DNA of 64,000 bases from an uncultured delta proteobacterium (GTDB lineage: Bacteria > Desulfobacterota > Binatia > UBA9968). Made by a program: the position numbers and the translations under genes. The notes beneath the pieces are model-generated. The model was not told where the DNA came from, made no database searches, and saw nothing but the letters and a program-made list of their open reading frames with translations. Shown here piece by piece: positions 20,554-31,364 of this stretch (positions are counted from its first letter, which is position 1; each line of letters starts with the position of its first letter). The DNA is taken from assembly GCA_963760795.1 (NCBI GenBank), contig CAVXEP010000032.1, positions 32,001-96,000 of the forward strand. The letters are read 5' to 3'.

Positions 20554-21563
20554 TTATGCCGCCAGCGGCACTCCTAGAATCTTCGCCGGATTGTCGCAGC
20601 AGACGGTTTTCAGTTCCGCCTTATTCAATCCGAACGCTTCCATGTAGGCGCGCATCTGGCGCAGGGCTTCCACCGAGTTGGGGAACAGCGGCTCGCCGCA
20701 GTCGCTTGACAAGGTGACGTGCTCGACGCCGATGCTGCGAATCGCTTTGTACATGTCGAAGGGATCGACGCCGAGCAGCGGTGAAATCTCGTCGTAGGTA
20801 AAGTTGATGTTAACGCCGGCCTGGCCCAACTGGGTCATCTGGGCGATGCTCAGGTTGACGAAGGGGCTAAACGGATGATCGACGACGGCGCGGCTGTGGC
20901 CGATGCGCTGGCATTCCTCGGCGAGGGCGAAAATTTCCGGATGGGTCGCGTGACCGAAGAACAGCGGCACTTCGCGTTCCTTCAACAATCCGATGATGTC
21001 TTTGATTTCTGGCTTGAGCCGGCCCTTATCGTCGAGCGGTAGTGGCCGACTTTAAGCGCTTCATCCCAGCTCATCGCCGGCGTTAGCTCGCCGCGGCCGG
21101 CATTCGGGTCCCACCAGGATTTCCGTCCGCCGATCTTGCTTAGCGTGTTGGCGTGCATCGCCACCGGCATCCACATGGCGTTGATGCCGCCATCGAGCTG
21201 CTCGCGCACTTTTGCCACTGACGGCGGCGCGGAGCGGTTGGCGACGTTGGAGCCGGCCCAGCAGAGGATCGGTTCGACCTTTTCCTCGTCGGCCCAGCGC
21301 TGCAATCCCTCACGGACCTTTTGCACCGATTCGGCGCGGTTCTTGCCGGCGATGGATTTGTAGAGCAGGCCGCGCATGCCGTTCGTCGACGCGAGCTTGG
21401 CCACCGAAAGCGCGTCTTGGTGCGCCGCATCGGCGTGGCAGTGAATATCGATGGCGCCCTTCACGCCACTGATCGCCGGCGGATACTCCACGCCGCCTTG
21501 GTAGGCTCGGCGGATCTCGTAGGACTTGACGAATCGGGCCAGGGTCGTGGCGTTTTCGCTCAT
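20554..21563 (-). CDS. Amidohydrolase-fold protein (DUF6282-like), one-base frameshift near 21038
   Basis: GAIDIHCH, WMP, FFGH, VVDHP, LSSDCG, NPAKILG; the two ORFs join at GHY-x-LDDKGRLKPE. Confidence 0.8.
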
Positions 21564-21720
21564 GGGAATCTCGCTTTCACGGCTGTTCAAAAATTTCACT
21601 GTCGAGGCGTAACACCGGCGTCGCAGCGTGTCAAATCGACGGGCGGGTTTCAAACCACGCCCCTTGTACGAGGACAGTCGCGCCCCGTCATGCGGATGTA
21701 GTGATATGGATTCGCCGTCA

Positions 21721-22743
21721 CTACTCCATGAGCGTCTTAACGCGCGCCACAACTTCAGGCGTCTGTACCATGACTTTTTTGGCTAACTCTTGGAGTTCTT
21801 CGCCTGGGGTGGGCGTGATGTCGAGGTTTTTTCGTTTCGCCTCGGCCAGCAGTTCGGAATCGGCCAGAGTCTTGAGGAATGCTTCGCGGAGGATTTTGAC
21901 TCTGGCCGGTGGCACGCCTGGGGGAGCGACCATGGGACGGCCGAAGTCGCTGGCGGCGAGGATCAACGGCAGCAAGCGCCGTTCGGACTCGGCGGTCTTA
22001 TGTTCGTTCATCAACTCGTAGATGGTCGGCGTGTCAGCGATGCGCGGGTCCCGGGTCTGGCCGGTCTGCATCAAGATGCGCGCGAAGCCGGTTTTACGCC
22101 AGGTGTGGTAGGGCTCGCGGGTATGGTACGCCTGAATTGTCAGGGCGCGGCACTGGAGCTCGCCCCGTTCCACCGCCAGATCAATTTCGGCGCCGCCCTT
22201 GTACCCGGAAATGATGATAAATTTCGTGCCGAGCAATTCTTCCATTAGTTTGGGCATATAAGTGCCGGAAGTACCGGGGCCGGTGGAGCCACATTTGGGC
22301 GGCTCCTTGGCCTTGCGCACATCCGCCATAGTTTTGTACGGCAAGTCGGCGCGCATATAGAGTAGACTTTCGGATTGGTCCGAGCTGCCGAGCCAGTTGA
22401 ACTTTGCCCAGTCGTACTTGGCCTCGGGCTGCTTGTACAGCTGGTTGAAATACATCGACGGCTGCAAGCCGCCGATCACCGTGCCGTCGCCTTTGGCCAG
22501 GCCGTAAAGATAGTTGGTGCCGATGAGCGATCCCGCGCCGGCCATGTTCTGGACGATAAAGCTGGGGTTGCCGGGAATATGCCTGCCCATGAACTGGGCC
22601 ACGAGCCGGGCGTAGATATCGTAAGCGCTACCAGTGCTCGACGTGCTGATGACGGTAATAGTTTTGCCTTGAAAGAATGGGCTCTGCGCCCAGAGTTCCG
22701 CGCTCCAAAGAATGATCGTCACCAATAGAAGAGTTCTTTTCAT
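21721..22743 (-). CDS. TctC/Bug-like binding protein
   Basis: FFQGKTIT, HIPGNPSFIVQNMAGAGS, GYKGGAEIDLAVERGE, APPGVP. Confidence 0.9.
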   Translation of the reverse strand: MKRTLLLVTIILWSAELWAQSPFFQGKTITVISTSSTGSAYDIYARLVAQFMGRHIPGNPSFIVQNMAGAGSLIGTNYLYGLAKGDGTVIGGLQPSMYFNQLYKQPEAKYDWAKFNWLGSSDQSESLLYMRADLPYKTMADVRKAKEPPKCGSTGPGTSGTYMPKLMEELLGTKFIIISGYKGGAEIDLAVERGELQCRALTIQAYHTREPYHTWRKTGFARILMQTGQTRDPRIADTPTIYELMNEHKTAESERRLLPLILAASDFGRPMVAPPGVPPARVKILREAFLKTLADSELLAEAKRKNLDITPTPGEELQELAKKVMVQTPEVVARVKTLME

Positions 22744-22832
22744 AAAGCCTCTCTTTCGATCGAATCAATCCGTAGGTTGGCTTTGCGCCGCGGATCGGCT
22801 CGACGATGACTTACCCATGGTCAAATGTCCCG

Positions 22833-23858
22833 TCATTGCTCCATCAACCGCTTTGCTCGGGCGATGAGTTCCGGTGTCTGGGTCATCACCTGCTTGGCTA
22901 AGGTAGCGAGTTCTTCGCCGCTGCTGGGGGTGATGTCGAAGTTCTTGCGTTTGGCTTCGGCCAGCAGTTCGGGATCTTTCATGGTGTTTAGGAATGCGTC
23001 ACGAAGAACTTTAAGCCGGTCGGGTGCTAGGCCGGGAGGCGCGACGATGGGGCGGCCGAAATCATTGGCAGCCAGGACCATGGGGACCAGGCGGCGATCG
23101 TTTTCGGGAGTTTTATATTCGTCCATGAGCTCGCGCAGCGTCGGTGTATCGGCTATCCGCGGATCTCTTGTCTGTCCGGTCTGCATCAGAATGCGGGCAA
23201 AGCTTTTCTTCCTCCAGGTGTGATACGGCTCCCGCGAATGGTAGGCTTGGATGGTAAAGGAGCGGCAGTGCAGTTCGCCGCGTTCGACGGCGAGGTCGAT
23301 TTCACCGCCGCCCTGGTAGCCGGCGACAATGATGAATTTCGTGCCGAGGACTTCTTCCAACAACTTTGGCATGTAACTACCTGAGGTGCCGGCGCCGGTG
23401 GAGCCGCATTTGGGCGGTTCCTTGGCCTTGCGCACATCGGCGAGCGTCTTATAGGGCAGATCGGCGCGCATGTAGAGCAGATAGTCGGATTTATCGGAGC
23501 TGCCGATCCAAGCGAACTTTGCCCAATCGTACCTCACTTCTTTCTGCTGCATCAGTTGATTGAAATAGATCGACGGCTGTATCGCGCCGATGGTCAAGCC
23601 GTCGGGCTTGGAAACGTTGTAGAGGTAGTTCGCGCCGATGATCGAGCCCGCGCCGGTCATATTCTGCACAATGAAATTAGGATTGCCGGGGATATGCTTG
23701 CCCATGAATTGCGCCATCAAGCGGGCGTAGAGATCGTAGGCGCTGCCGGCGCTGGCGGCGGCGACGACGGTGATGGTTTTGCCTTGATAGAACGGGGTCT
23801 GGGCATGGATCTCCGTGCGCGTGCCGAGAAATAGTACGATGAGTAGTATAATGATCAT
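22833..23858 (-). CDS. TctC/Bug-like binding protein, tandem paralog
   Basis: Long identical peptides shared with 21721..22743. Confidence 0.9.
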   Translation of the reverse strand: MIIILLIVLFLGTRTEIHAQTPFYQGKTITVVAAASAGSAYDLYARLMAQFMGKHIPGNPNFIVQNMTGAGSIIGANYLYNVSKPDGLTIGAIQPSIYFNQLMQQKEVRYDWAKFAWIGSSDKSDYLLYMRADLPYKTLADVRKAKEPPKCGSTGAGTSGSYMPKLLEEVLGTKFIIVAGYQGGGEIDLAVERGELHCRSFTIQAYHSREPYHTWRKKSFARILMQTGQTRDPRIADTPTLRELMDEYKTPENDRRLVPMVLAANDFGRPIVAPPGLAPDRLKVLRDAFLNTMKDPELLAEAKRKNFDITPSSGEELATLAKQVMTQTPELIARAKRLMEQ

Positions 23859-23903
23859 TATCGTTCCGTGGTTTCTAGCGGTAGGGTGATATCGTTCTCG
23901 GAG

Positions 23904-23978
23904 TCCTTCGACGAGCTCAGGACGAACGGAGCAAGGTTTGCGTGAATAAAAAATCCGTTCATGCTGAGCTGGTCGAGC
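23904..23978. repeat. CCTTCGAC..GCTCAGG / CTGAGC..GTCGA REP-like pair
   Basis: tccttcgacgagctcaggacgaacgga ... tccgttcatgctgagctggtcga. Confidence 0.8.
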
Positions 23979-24001
23979 ATGCTCTAATTTATTCGCTGGC
24001 T

Positions 24002-25117
24002 CTATGTCAATCCATAGAAGCGCCTTGGATTATCCGAGAAAATCTTCTCAACTAAACCTGGTGACAGATCTTCGCGCGATCTCATCGTCTGCACCAATGC
24101 TTTTTCTTCCGCCGGATCGTTGTGGCCGTAGTCGGAGCCGATTAGCAAATGATCTTCGCCGATAAATTCCGCCAGGTAGGGAATATCCTCGTCGGCTTCG
24201 CAGGCGACGTAGATGCGGTAGTCGCGGAAGAGTTCCTTGCATGATGAAAACTTCCAGCGCGCGTTGGGGAAGCTCGGGCGCGGCCGCGCTGAGCGCTTCA
24301 AGTGGTGATAGAGAAACGGCACCCAGCTCGCCGAGACTTCGAGGAAGCCGAACTTCAGCGCGGGAAACTTCTCGGGGATTGCGCTGGCGACCAAGTCGCG
24401 GAAGCCGATGATGGGCGGCACATGGGAAGTGGCGAAGGTGCCGTTCAATTCGAGATCGAAGAAATCGAGCAAGTGGCGGCTGCTCTGACCAGTGTGAACG
24501 CAGATCGGCAGGCCGAGTTTCTCCGCCTCGGCGTAGATCGGCATGAAGTGGGGATTGTTCAATGTCAGCGAACCGACGATGCCGCTGAAGAAGATGCCGA
24601 CGGCGCCGTTTTGCTTAGCCTCGTGCATCTGCTTGATCGATGCGTCAACCGATTTTAACGGCAGAACCGTGACCCAGCACAGCCGGTTGTTGGATTTGGC
24701 GTAAACCTCGCCAAGGAATTTGTTGTAAGCCCCACAGAGGGCGACTTGGAGCTGGGTGTCGTCGGTTACATCGATAAGAAATAGAGTTGGATAGATGACC
24801 TGGGTCTCGACGCCGGCATGGTCCATGTCGGCCAACCGGGCGGCCACGTCGGTGATCTCGCGGCAGCCGAGCGCGATGTCGGTTCGATTGGCTTCGCGTT
24901 TGGACGCGGTGGGGGTGATGATGCGAAAACCGCCTTTGCCCGAGGCTTTAGGAAAGATATTGCCGTCGATCAACCACAGAACGTTGAAGTCGCGATAGAG
25001 GGTGTCGTCCGGCGCCGATACCATGACTGGGCGGCGATGGTACATGCTCGGATCGAAATGCTTCCACATGCTCTCCGATTCGGCGATATGGGTGTCGGCG
25101 TCGATGATTCCTGGCAT
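24002..25117 (-). CDS. Amidohydrolase_2 family protein
   Basis: IIDADTH, QVIYPT, ICVH, FLEVSASW, GSDYGH. Confidence 0.9.
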   Translation of the reverse strand: MPGIIDADTHIAESESMWKHFDPSMYHRRPVMVSAPDDTLYRDFNVLWLIDGNIFPKASGKGGFRIITPTASKREANRTDIALGCREITDVAARLADMDHAGVETQVIYPTLFLIDVTDDTQLQVALCGAYNKFLGEVYAKSNNRLCWVTVLPLKSVDASIKQMHEAKQNGAVGIFFSGIVGSLTLNNPHFMPIYAEAEKLGLPICVHTGQSSRHLLDFFDLELNGTFATSHVPPIIGFRDLVASAIPEKFPALKFGFLEVSASWVPFLYHHLKRSARPRPSFPNARWKFSSCKELFRDYRIYVACEADEDIPYLAEFIGEDHLLIGSDYGHNDPAEEKALVQTMRSREDLSPGLVEKIFSDNPRRFYGLT

Positions 25118-25194
25118 GTTCAATTACCTCCGGGAAATTGTTTTTCACCATGAAGTTTCTATTACGGCATAGCTGCAACCAAGTGGGAGAGACT

Positions 25195-25279
25195 TTTTCA
25201 CCACGAAGTGCACGAAGATCACGAAGTTCGGAATATTAATTATCGGCAACCTTCGTGTCCTTCGTGCCTTCGTGGTGAA
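25195..25279. repeat. CACGAAG nonamer-periodic palindrome (half copy at 5180-5208)
   Basis: ttcaccacgaagtgcacgaagatcacgaag ... cttcgtgtccttcgtgccttcgtggtgaa. Confidence 0.85.
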
Positions 25280-25293
25280 CGGGTTAGCCCCGG

Positions 25294-26257
25294 TCATTGC
25301 GCTTTCCAGCCGAGTTCGTCGGCGCTAAAACGCGAATATTTTTCGATTTCCTCTTTGACTAGTTTGTTGAGTTCCGCAGTGCCGCTGCGCAGGTCGATGT
25401 TGTAGCCGCGGCTCTTGAGGTTTTCCTGAAGCTTCGGCTCTTGCAGGGTTTTGCGGATGGCATCGGCAAGGGTTTTCACCGTCGCGTCTGGTGTTCCTTG
25501 GGGCGCGAGAAAGGCGAGATGGGCCAGGAGGTTTACCTGCGGATAACCTTGCTTGGCGAAAGTCGCGACCTCGGGCAGCGGCGCCGAGTTGACGTCGACG
25601 GCGACGCCGTGGAGCTTGCCGGATTTGATATGCGGCAGAGCCGCGACATCGGAGGCCATCGCTAAATTGACATGGCCGCCCAAAAGATTGGTGATGATTT
25701 GCGCTGAGCCGGCGAAAGGCAGCGATGTGATATCGATCTTGGCGGCGCGTTTCAAAAGTTCCACTTCCAAGGTGAGGCTGGTGCCGGTGGGACCGACGGC
25801 GACGATGATCTCGCCTGGTTTCTTTCTGTGCCGCGGCGACTACGTCCTTGATGGTTTTCAAATCGGAGTCGGCGCGGCTGAGCATGATGACCGCGGCATA
25901 GCCGTGCAAGATCGCCACCGGTTGGAAATCCCGGACCAGGTGCGCCGCGCCTTTAGCATTCGCCACGCTCATGGTGGCGATTTGGCCGAGCAGAGAGCCC
26001 AGCAGCGTGTAGCCGTCTTTGCTCGACCGGGCGACTTTCTCCGCGGCGATGGCGCCGGCGCCGGCCGGTTGATTGACGACGGTGACTTGCACCTTGGCGG
26101 TCTTGCTCAGTTCTTCGCCGATGAGGCGAAATAACAAATCGACACCGCCGCCGGGGCTCGACGGCACGACGATTTCTATCGGCTTGTTGGGAAAAGGCTG
26201 CGCGCGGGCCGCGGCGATGGGTCCGAGCATCAGTAAGGTGAAGACCAATAACTTCAT
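25294..26257 (-). CDS. tctC: TctC binding protein, +1 frameshift near 25823
   Basis: FPNKPIEIVVPSSPGGGVD, NQPAGAG, DGYTLL, PFAGS..LLGGHV; extra A in CAGAAAGAAACC. Confidence 0.8.
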
Positions 26258-26348
26258 CTTCGTAATTCCTCCAAATGGCATGGCATCGCCTATCTGTGCC
26301 AGACAATCGCGGCGAATACAAAATGCTCAACAGTGATTCCATGGGGTC

Positions 26349-26415
26349 GAGATCCCTCGCTTCGTTCGGGATGGCAACTCGCGTGGCTGTCATTCCGCGC
26401 TGGGCGAGGAATCTT
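26349..26415. repeat. TGTCATT..GAATCT REP-like pair (related pair at 5254-5320)
   Basis: agatccctcgcttcgttcgggatggca and tgtcattccgcgc..gaggaatct. Confidence 0.65.
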
Positions 26416-26470
26416 TCTTGATTCCACAAATATCCTAAATTTTAAATCGAACCGCAGCCAAACAATCGCC

Positions 26471-27976
26471 TTAGTTCTCTTCGAGTTTCTCGATGATCTC
26501 GTGTCCGACTCGGCGGCGCGCCAGTAGCGGTGTCAGCAGCATGACGAGGGAGAGCGCCATGAAGAGCGCGGCGATGGGGCGATTGAAGAAAATCGCCGCG
26601 CTGCCGCGCGCCATGATCAGCGAGCGGCGGATCGCGGCTTCCAGGAGCGGGCCGATCACCAGGCCCAAGATCAGCGGCGCCGGCTCGTAGGCGAACTTTT
26701 TCATCAGAAATCCAACCAGGCCGAAGAGAATCACGATCACCACATCGCCGATATTTGCCGAAACCGTGTAGGCGCCGATGATGCTGAACAGAATGATCAT
26801 CGGGAACAGATAAAAATAGGGCAGGCGCAGCACTCTGATCCATAGGCCGATCAACGGTAGATTCAAGATCAGCAGCATGGCGTTGCCGATGACCATGCTG
26901 CCGAGGATACCCCAGAAAAGCTGCGGCGAATTCTGAATAAACAGCGGTCCCGGCGCCAGCCCGTGGATCATCAGCGCGCCGAAGATCAGCGAAGTTACCG
27001 AGCCAGTGGGCAGCCCCAAGCTGAGCAGTGGTATCCAGCCGCTGCAGCTCGCCGCGTTATTCGCCGTCTCCGGTCCGGCGACGCCGGCGATGGCGCCATG
27101 GCCGAACTTGTCCGGGTGCTTGGACAGCTTTTTCTCAAGAGCGTAGGAAGCGAAGGTGGCGATGACGACATTCAATCCCGGGATAGCGCCGATGAAAAAG
27201 CCCAAGAGCGAGCCGCGGGCGATGGGCGCAGCCGAGTCACGCCAATCCTGCGCGGTGGGTAGCAGACCGCGCACCTTGTTTTGAAAAATCTCGCCGGCCT
27301 TGGCATCGAGGTTGAGCAACACTTCGGATACTCCGAATAGACCGATCACCACTGGCGTCAGGCCAATACCGTCGCGCAGCACCAAGAAATTGAACGTGAA
27401 TCGCGGTGTGCCGGTAACCGGATCGAGGCCGACGCTGGCGAGCAGGGCGCCGAACAGCGCCATTAGCAAAGCCTTATCCATCGGTCCGTGGGCCAAGTAA
27501 ACCAGCGCGCTCAAGCCGAACAACATGAGCGCTGCGTACTCCGGCGGACCGAAGTGCAAGCCAAACTCCGCCAACAGCGGCGCTAGATAGGCCAGACCCA
27601 CGAGCGCGACAATGCCGCCAATGAACGAACCGAAGGCCGCCATACCGAGCGCTGGCCCTGCGCGGCCCTGGCGCGCCATGGCGTAACCGTCGAGACAGGT
27701 GATCACTGACGACGCTTCACCCGGAATGTTGACTAATATCGACGTCGTCGAGCCGCCATATTGAGCGCCGTAGGTAATGCCGAATAGCATGATCATGTAG
27801 GCGAGCGGCGGAGCGTGCAGCGCTAATGGCAGGAGCAAGGCGATGGCGCCGGCCGGACCGAGACCGGGTAGCACGCCGACCAGCGTGCCCAAGAGCACAC
27901 CGGCAAAGCCGTAGAATAGATTGAGCGGCGACGCGGCGGTGAGAACGCCTTGGATGAGCAGGCTGAGCGTATCCAA
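26471..27976 (-). CDS. tctA: Tripartite tricarboxylate transporter large permease
   Basis: GTLVGVLPGLG, YGGSTTSILVNIPGE, GVAGPETANNAA, PGP. Confidence 0.95.
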   Translation of the reverse strand: MDTLSLLIQGVLTAASPLNLFYGFAGVLLGTLVGVLPGLGPAGAIALLLPLALHAPPLAYMIMLFGITYGAQYGGSTTSILVNIPGEASSVITCLDGYAMARQGRAGPALGMAAFGSFIGGIVALVGLAYLAPLLAEFGLHFGPPEYAALMLFGLSALVYLAHGPMDKALLMALFGALLASVGLDPVTGTPRFTFNFLVLRDGIGLTPVVIGLFGVSEVLLNLDAKAGEIFQNKVRGLLPTAQDWRDSAAPIARGSLLGFFIGAIPGLNVVIATFASYALEKKLSKHPDKFGHGAIAGVAGPETANNAASCSGWIPLLSLGLPTGSVTSLIFGALMIHGLAPGPLFIQNSPQLFWGILGSMVIGNAMLLILNLPLIGLWIRVLRLPYFYLFPMIILFSIIGAYTVSANIGDVVIVILFGLVGFLMKKFAYEPAPLILGLVIGPLLEAAIRRSLIMARGSAAIFFNRPIAALFMALSLVMLLTPLLARRRVGHEIIEKLEEN

Positions 27977-27986
27977 ACGATGCCTT

Positions 27987-28439
27987 TCAGATCAGCAGAG
28001 CGAGCAGGCCGCGCGGCAGTTGCGCATGGAGCAAGACGTCGAAGAAAAGATGGGCACCCAGCGCTGCTATGACTGCGAAGCTAACGCTCAAGCGCCAGGC
28101 CTGCGCCGCGACGTATTTCAGGTAGAAAGCGAGCAACAGAAAGGTGCTGATGGCAAAGCCGAGGGAGTCGAGAAGCAAGGCGTAGGCGAGCATGCCGGCG
28201 ACGACATGGATAATTTTGCTCCATTCACTAGTGCTGGTTGTTCGCATGGTTTCTACCGCGTCGCGGTTGACGCCGATCAAACGCAAGAGGGCAATGGCAC
28301 CGATCGCCAGCGCCGCGCCGAAGGGAAAGAAACCCGCGCCCGGTTTGCCGCCACTGCCCAAGCCGAGTTGGTACGACGCATAGGCGACGTAGAAGGAGAG
28401 GAGCAGCCAGAAAAAGGCGATGATGGATTGTCTATTCAT
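27987..28439 (-). CDS. tctB: Tripartite tricarboxylate transporter small permease
   Basis: PGAGFFP, LGF, LPRG; several TM helices; adjacent to tctA. Confidence 0.9.
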   Translation of the reverse strand: MNRQSIIAFFWLLLSFYVAYASYQLGLGSGGKPGAGFFPFGAALAIGAIALLRLIGVNRDAVETMRTTSTSEWSKIIHVVAGMLAYALLLDSLGFAISTFLLLAFYLKYVAAQAWRLSVSFAVIAALGAHLFFDVLLHAQLPRGLLALLI

Positions 28440-28534
28440 GCGCCAAGATGAATGTCGACTTTTATTGATATAAGGCCGGGTAGGATATTCCTGTAGGGGC
28501 GACCGGCGGTCGCCCGTTCGAAGCATCATTCACC

Positions 28535-30052
28535 TTATGACGCGGCCTTGATGAAATCGGCGGCGCGCTCGCCGATCATCATACTGGTCAAGTTCGTATT
28601 GGCGTGGGCGACTGTCGGCATGATCGAGGCATCGCCGACCCAGAGATTTTCCATGCCGTGGACCCGCAGGTGCTGATCGACCACGGCCAATGGATCGCTG
28701 GCGAGACCCATCTTGCAGGTGCCGACACCATGAAAATAGCTGGTGTAGGTCGAGCGGGCGAACTTCTCCCAGTCCTCTGTTGGACTTGGCGAAAACAGCT
28801 CGCCGCAGTATTCACTCAACGGCTCGGTAGCGGCTAACTTTTGAACGAACTTCATCGCCGCGATCATGGCTCGGAGATCTTTCGGATGTTCGAGCATGCG
28901 CGGGTCAATGACCGGCAGTTCGGCGGGATCCTTGCTCGCCAGCGTCAGTTTGCCGCGGTTGGTCTGTTCCAAGAGATGGCAAGAGAAGCCGATCATGTCG
29001 CCGATCCCCGACACTGTGGTGATCTCGCGCAAAATAATATGAAAGTCGATATAGTCGCGCGCCGGATCGCTCTTGTAATACAGCTTCAAGGTCGAGCGGC
29101 CGCGCGCTTGGGGCTTGTCGCGGTCGGTCTTGGCTTTGAGAGTCATCGTGATGACCGGATGGTCTTGATAGTTTTCACCGACGCCCTGCAGCTCGTGAAC
29201 AACTTGAATACCGTGCCGAGTCAATTCCGCCTTTGGACCGATGCCCGAGAGCATTAGGATTTGCGGCGAGTGGTAGACGCCGGAACTTAAAACGATCTTG
29301 CCGCTGGTGACGCTCAATTCGCGTCCGTCTATTCGATAGCGCACGCCCTGGGCGTTCTTGCCATCTAATATCAATGAGCAGACTTGCGCATCGCCGATGA
29401 CGGTGAGATTGCTTCTTGCCCGGGCTGGACCGAGGTAGGCGACTGCAGCGGATTGGCGTTTGCCGTCTTTGATGTTGCGCGCGGTCGGCGCGACGCCATG
29501 GGGATTTTCCACGTTCTGGTCGGCGAAGCGCGGCACGCCGAGTTTCACCAACGCATCGAGAAAAGCCTGTTCCTGGTCTCCCAGCGGCGCGTCGAAGACA
29601 TGCTTGCGCTTAACGTAAATCGGCCCGGAGTTGCCGTGAATAGGGCTGTTGGGAAAATCCTGATCCGACTCCATGCGCTTGAGCACCGGCAAAACTTTGT
29701 CCCACGACCACTCCGGATTGCCCTGTGCCGCCCAGGTATCGAGATCGGCTTTGATCGGCCGCGGGATCGACATCATGTTCACCGACGAGCCGCCGCCGGC
29801 AATTCGCCCGGCGAGTGAATAAAACTCGCTGCCGTCGAAGTTGCGCTGGGTCGGATACATTATGATGTACGGGCTTTCGAGCAAGACGTTGGTCGCCTTG
29901 TCGGCATCGGCGACGGTCTCGGGGATGGGCTGAGGGTCCGGCCCGGCTTCGAGCAGCAAAACTTTTCGCTTGGGATCCTCGGACAATCGCGCCGCGATCA
30001 CGCAGCCCGCCGAGCCGCCGCCGGCAACGATGACATCGTAAACCTCGGACAT
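28535..30052 (-). CDS. GMC oxidoreductase (choline/aryl-alcohol dehydrogenase-like)
   Basis: GGGSAG, GGGSSVN, SPQILMLSGIG, HGVGTCKMG, DASIMP, NTN. Confidence 0.95.
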   Translation of the reverse strand: MSEVYDVIVAGGGSAGCVIAARLSEDPKRKVLLLEAGPDPQPIPETVADADKATNVLLESPYIIMYPTQRNFDGSEFYSLAGRIAGGGSSVNMMSIPRPIKADLDTWAAQGNPEWSWDKVLPVLKRMESDQDFPNSPIHGNSGPIYVKRKHVFDAPLGDQEQAFLDALVKLGVPRFADQNVENPHGVAPTARNIKDGKRQSAAVAYLGPARARSNLTVIGDAQVCSLILDGKNAQGVRYRIDGRELSVTSGKIVLSSGVYHSPQILMLSGIGPKAELTRHGIQVVHELQGVGENYQDHPVITMTLKAKTDRDKPQARGRSTLKLYYKSDPARDYIDFHIILREITTVSGIGDMIGFSCHLLEQTNRGKLTLASKDPAELPVIDPRMLEHPKDLRAMIAAMKFVQKLAATEPLSEYCGELFSPSPTEDWEKFARSTYTSYFHGVGTCKMGLASDPLAVVDQHLRVHGMENLWVGDASIMPTVAHANTNLTSMMIGERAADFIKAAS

Positions 30053-30068
30053 CCCATACTCCTAACTC

Positions 30069-30242
30069 GTTCAAGCCGTTTAAACGCTACGCTCAGATCA
30101 ATCGCTGCGCTCCGTTAAAACCGTCAGATTAAATTCTGTCAAATCATTCAGTCCTTCGCGCCGTGTTCAAACGATTGAAACCTCCGGCGAACAACGGCTT
30201 GAACGGAGCATAGCGGTTGAACGGCTTGAACGATTTGAACGG
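30069..30242. repeat. GTTCAA / TTGAAC nonamer-periodic palindrome
   Basis: cgttcaagccgtttaaacgctacgctc ... ttgaacggcttgaacgatttgaacg. Confidence 0.8.
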
Positions 30243-30253
30243 TGCCGGGCTAT

Positions 30254-31210
30254 TTACTGCCATTCAACTCCCATTTGCTTCAGCCGCCGGCGGTATTCCA
30301 CCGCGGGGGTGTCGGGGCCGCGCAGATGCAACTCTTCGGCGAGGTCGAGGGGCAGTTCCCAGGGACGCTGGGACTCGACGATGGCTTTGTCTTGCGCGAA
30401 AATCTTGCGATGCTGGGCGTTCAATTGCTCGTCCGGTTTGGTATCGCGGTAATTGCGCCCGGCGAGACGGAAAAATCTGGTTTCGTTATTAGCCACCGGC
30501 GTGCACAGATAAATATTGGTATGGCGCTCGTCGCCGCCGGGCTGGCTGCGCTGGATGATGACCATGAACGGCAGGATGACCGTGTAGCGTTGCTTTGACG
30601 GGCTCTGCGCGCGCAGGCGATTGACCGGTGTGTCGATCTCATATTGAAAACCGCCGGTCACTTCCTGGAGTTCAATCACCGGGGACTCGGCTTGCTCGGG
30701 GTCGCCGAGGATGCCGGCGTGGACCCAGGGAAAATGGGAGAAGTCGGCGAGGTTCTCGATCATGCGCGCGGCGTTGGCTTTCCATTGGCCGTCGGAATTG
30801 TACGGCGCCCAGGTGAAAGCAGGATCATCGATCTCCGCCGGAAATGCCGGAATGTCCTGTAACGGTTCGTCGAGACAGACCCAGACCAGACTATGGCGTT
30901 CCTGCACATGGTAGGATTTGGCCCGTGCCTTGGTGGGTATTTCACGGTCGGGGGGCAGCGAGGGGATTTTTACGCAAGCGCCGTCCGCGCCGTAATTCCA
31001 GCCATGGTAGGGACAGACGAGCTTGTCGCCATCGATCCAGCCCAGCGACAGCGCGGCGCCGCGATGGAGGCAGAGATCATAGAACGCCGAGACTGTGCCA
31101 TTGACGCGCCAGAGCACCAACGGCTGGTCGAGGAGCCTTACCGACATGGGTTTGTCGGTCAGATCTTTCGACCACAGGACGGGATACCAAAATTGCCGGA
31201 GAACATTCAT
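30254..31210 (-). CDS. Rieske non-heme iron oxygenase alpha subunit (VanA/Ndm demethylase-like)
   Basis: CLH..CPYH Rieske ligands; ENLADFSHFPWVH and AQD iron ligands. Confidence 0.92.
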   Translation of the reverse strand: MNVLRQFWYPVLWSKDLTDKPMSVRLLDQPLVLWRVNGTVSAFYDLCLHRGAALSLGWIDGDKLVCPYHGWNYGADGACVKIPSLPPDREIPTKARAKSYHVQERHSLVWVCLDEPLQDIPAFPAEIDDPAFTWAPYNSDGQWKANAARMIENLADFSHFPWVHAGILGDPEQAESPVIELQEVTGGFQYEIDTPVNRLRAQSPSKQRYTVILPFMVIIQRSQPGGDERHTNIYLCTPVANNETRFFRLAGRNYRDTKPDEQLNAQHRKIFAQDKAIVESQRPWELPLDLAEELHLRGPDTPAVEYRRRLKQMGVEWQ

Positions 31211-31364
31211 GCGCTAGCTCCTACCGATTCGATCATCAACTGTCTTAGCAGATCATGTGCCGGTTCTGTCAAGCTAGCGGCGCGGCCAAGCTTTTTGCTA
31301 GGCAAGCGCAATCCGCCATGTTACAAGGCGGCCAGCTAACGAGAGACACCTGGAGCTCTCAATA

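Noticed and set aside
21721-23858. Tandem TctC paralogs, or the kinase duplication, as DGR template/variable repeats
   Set aside because: Differences are not adenine-specific and no reverse transcriptase is present.
25815-25830. Programmed frameshifting in tctC
   Set aside because: No canonical slippery heptamer with a stimulator; sequencing error is simpler.
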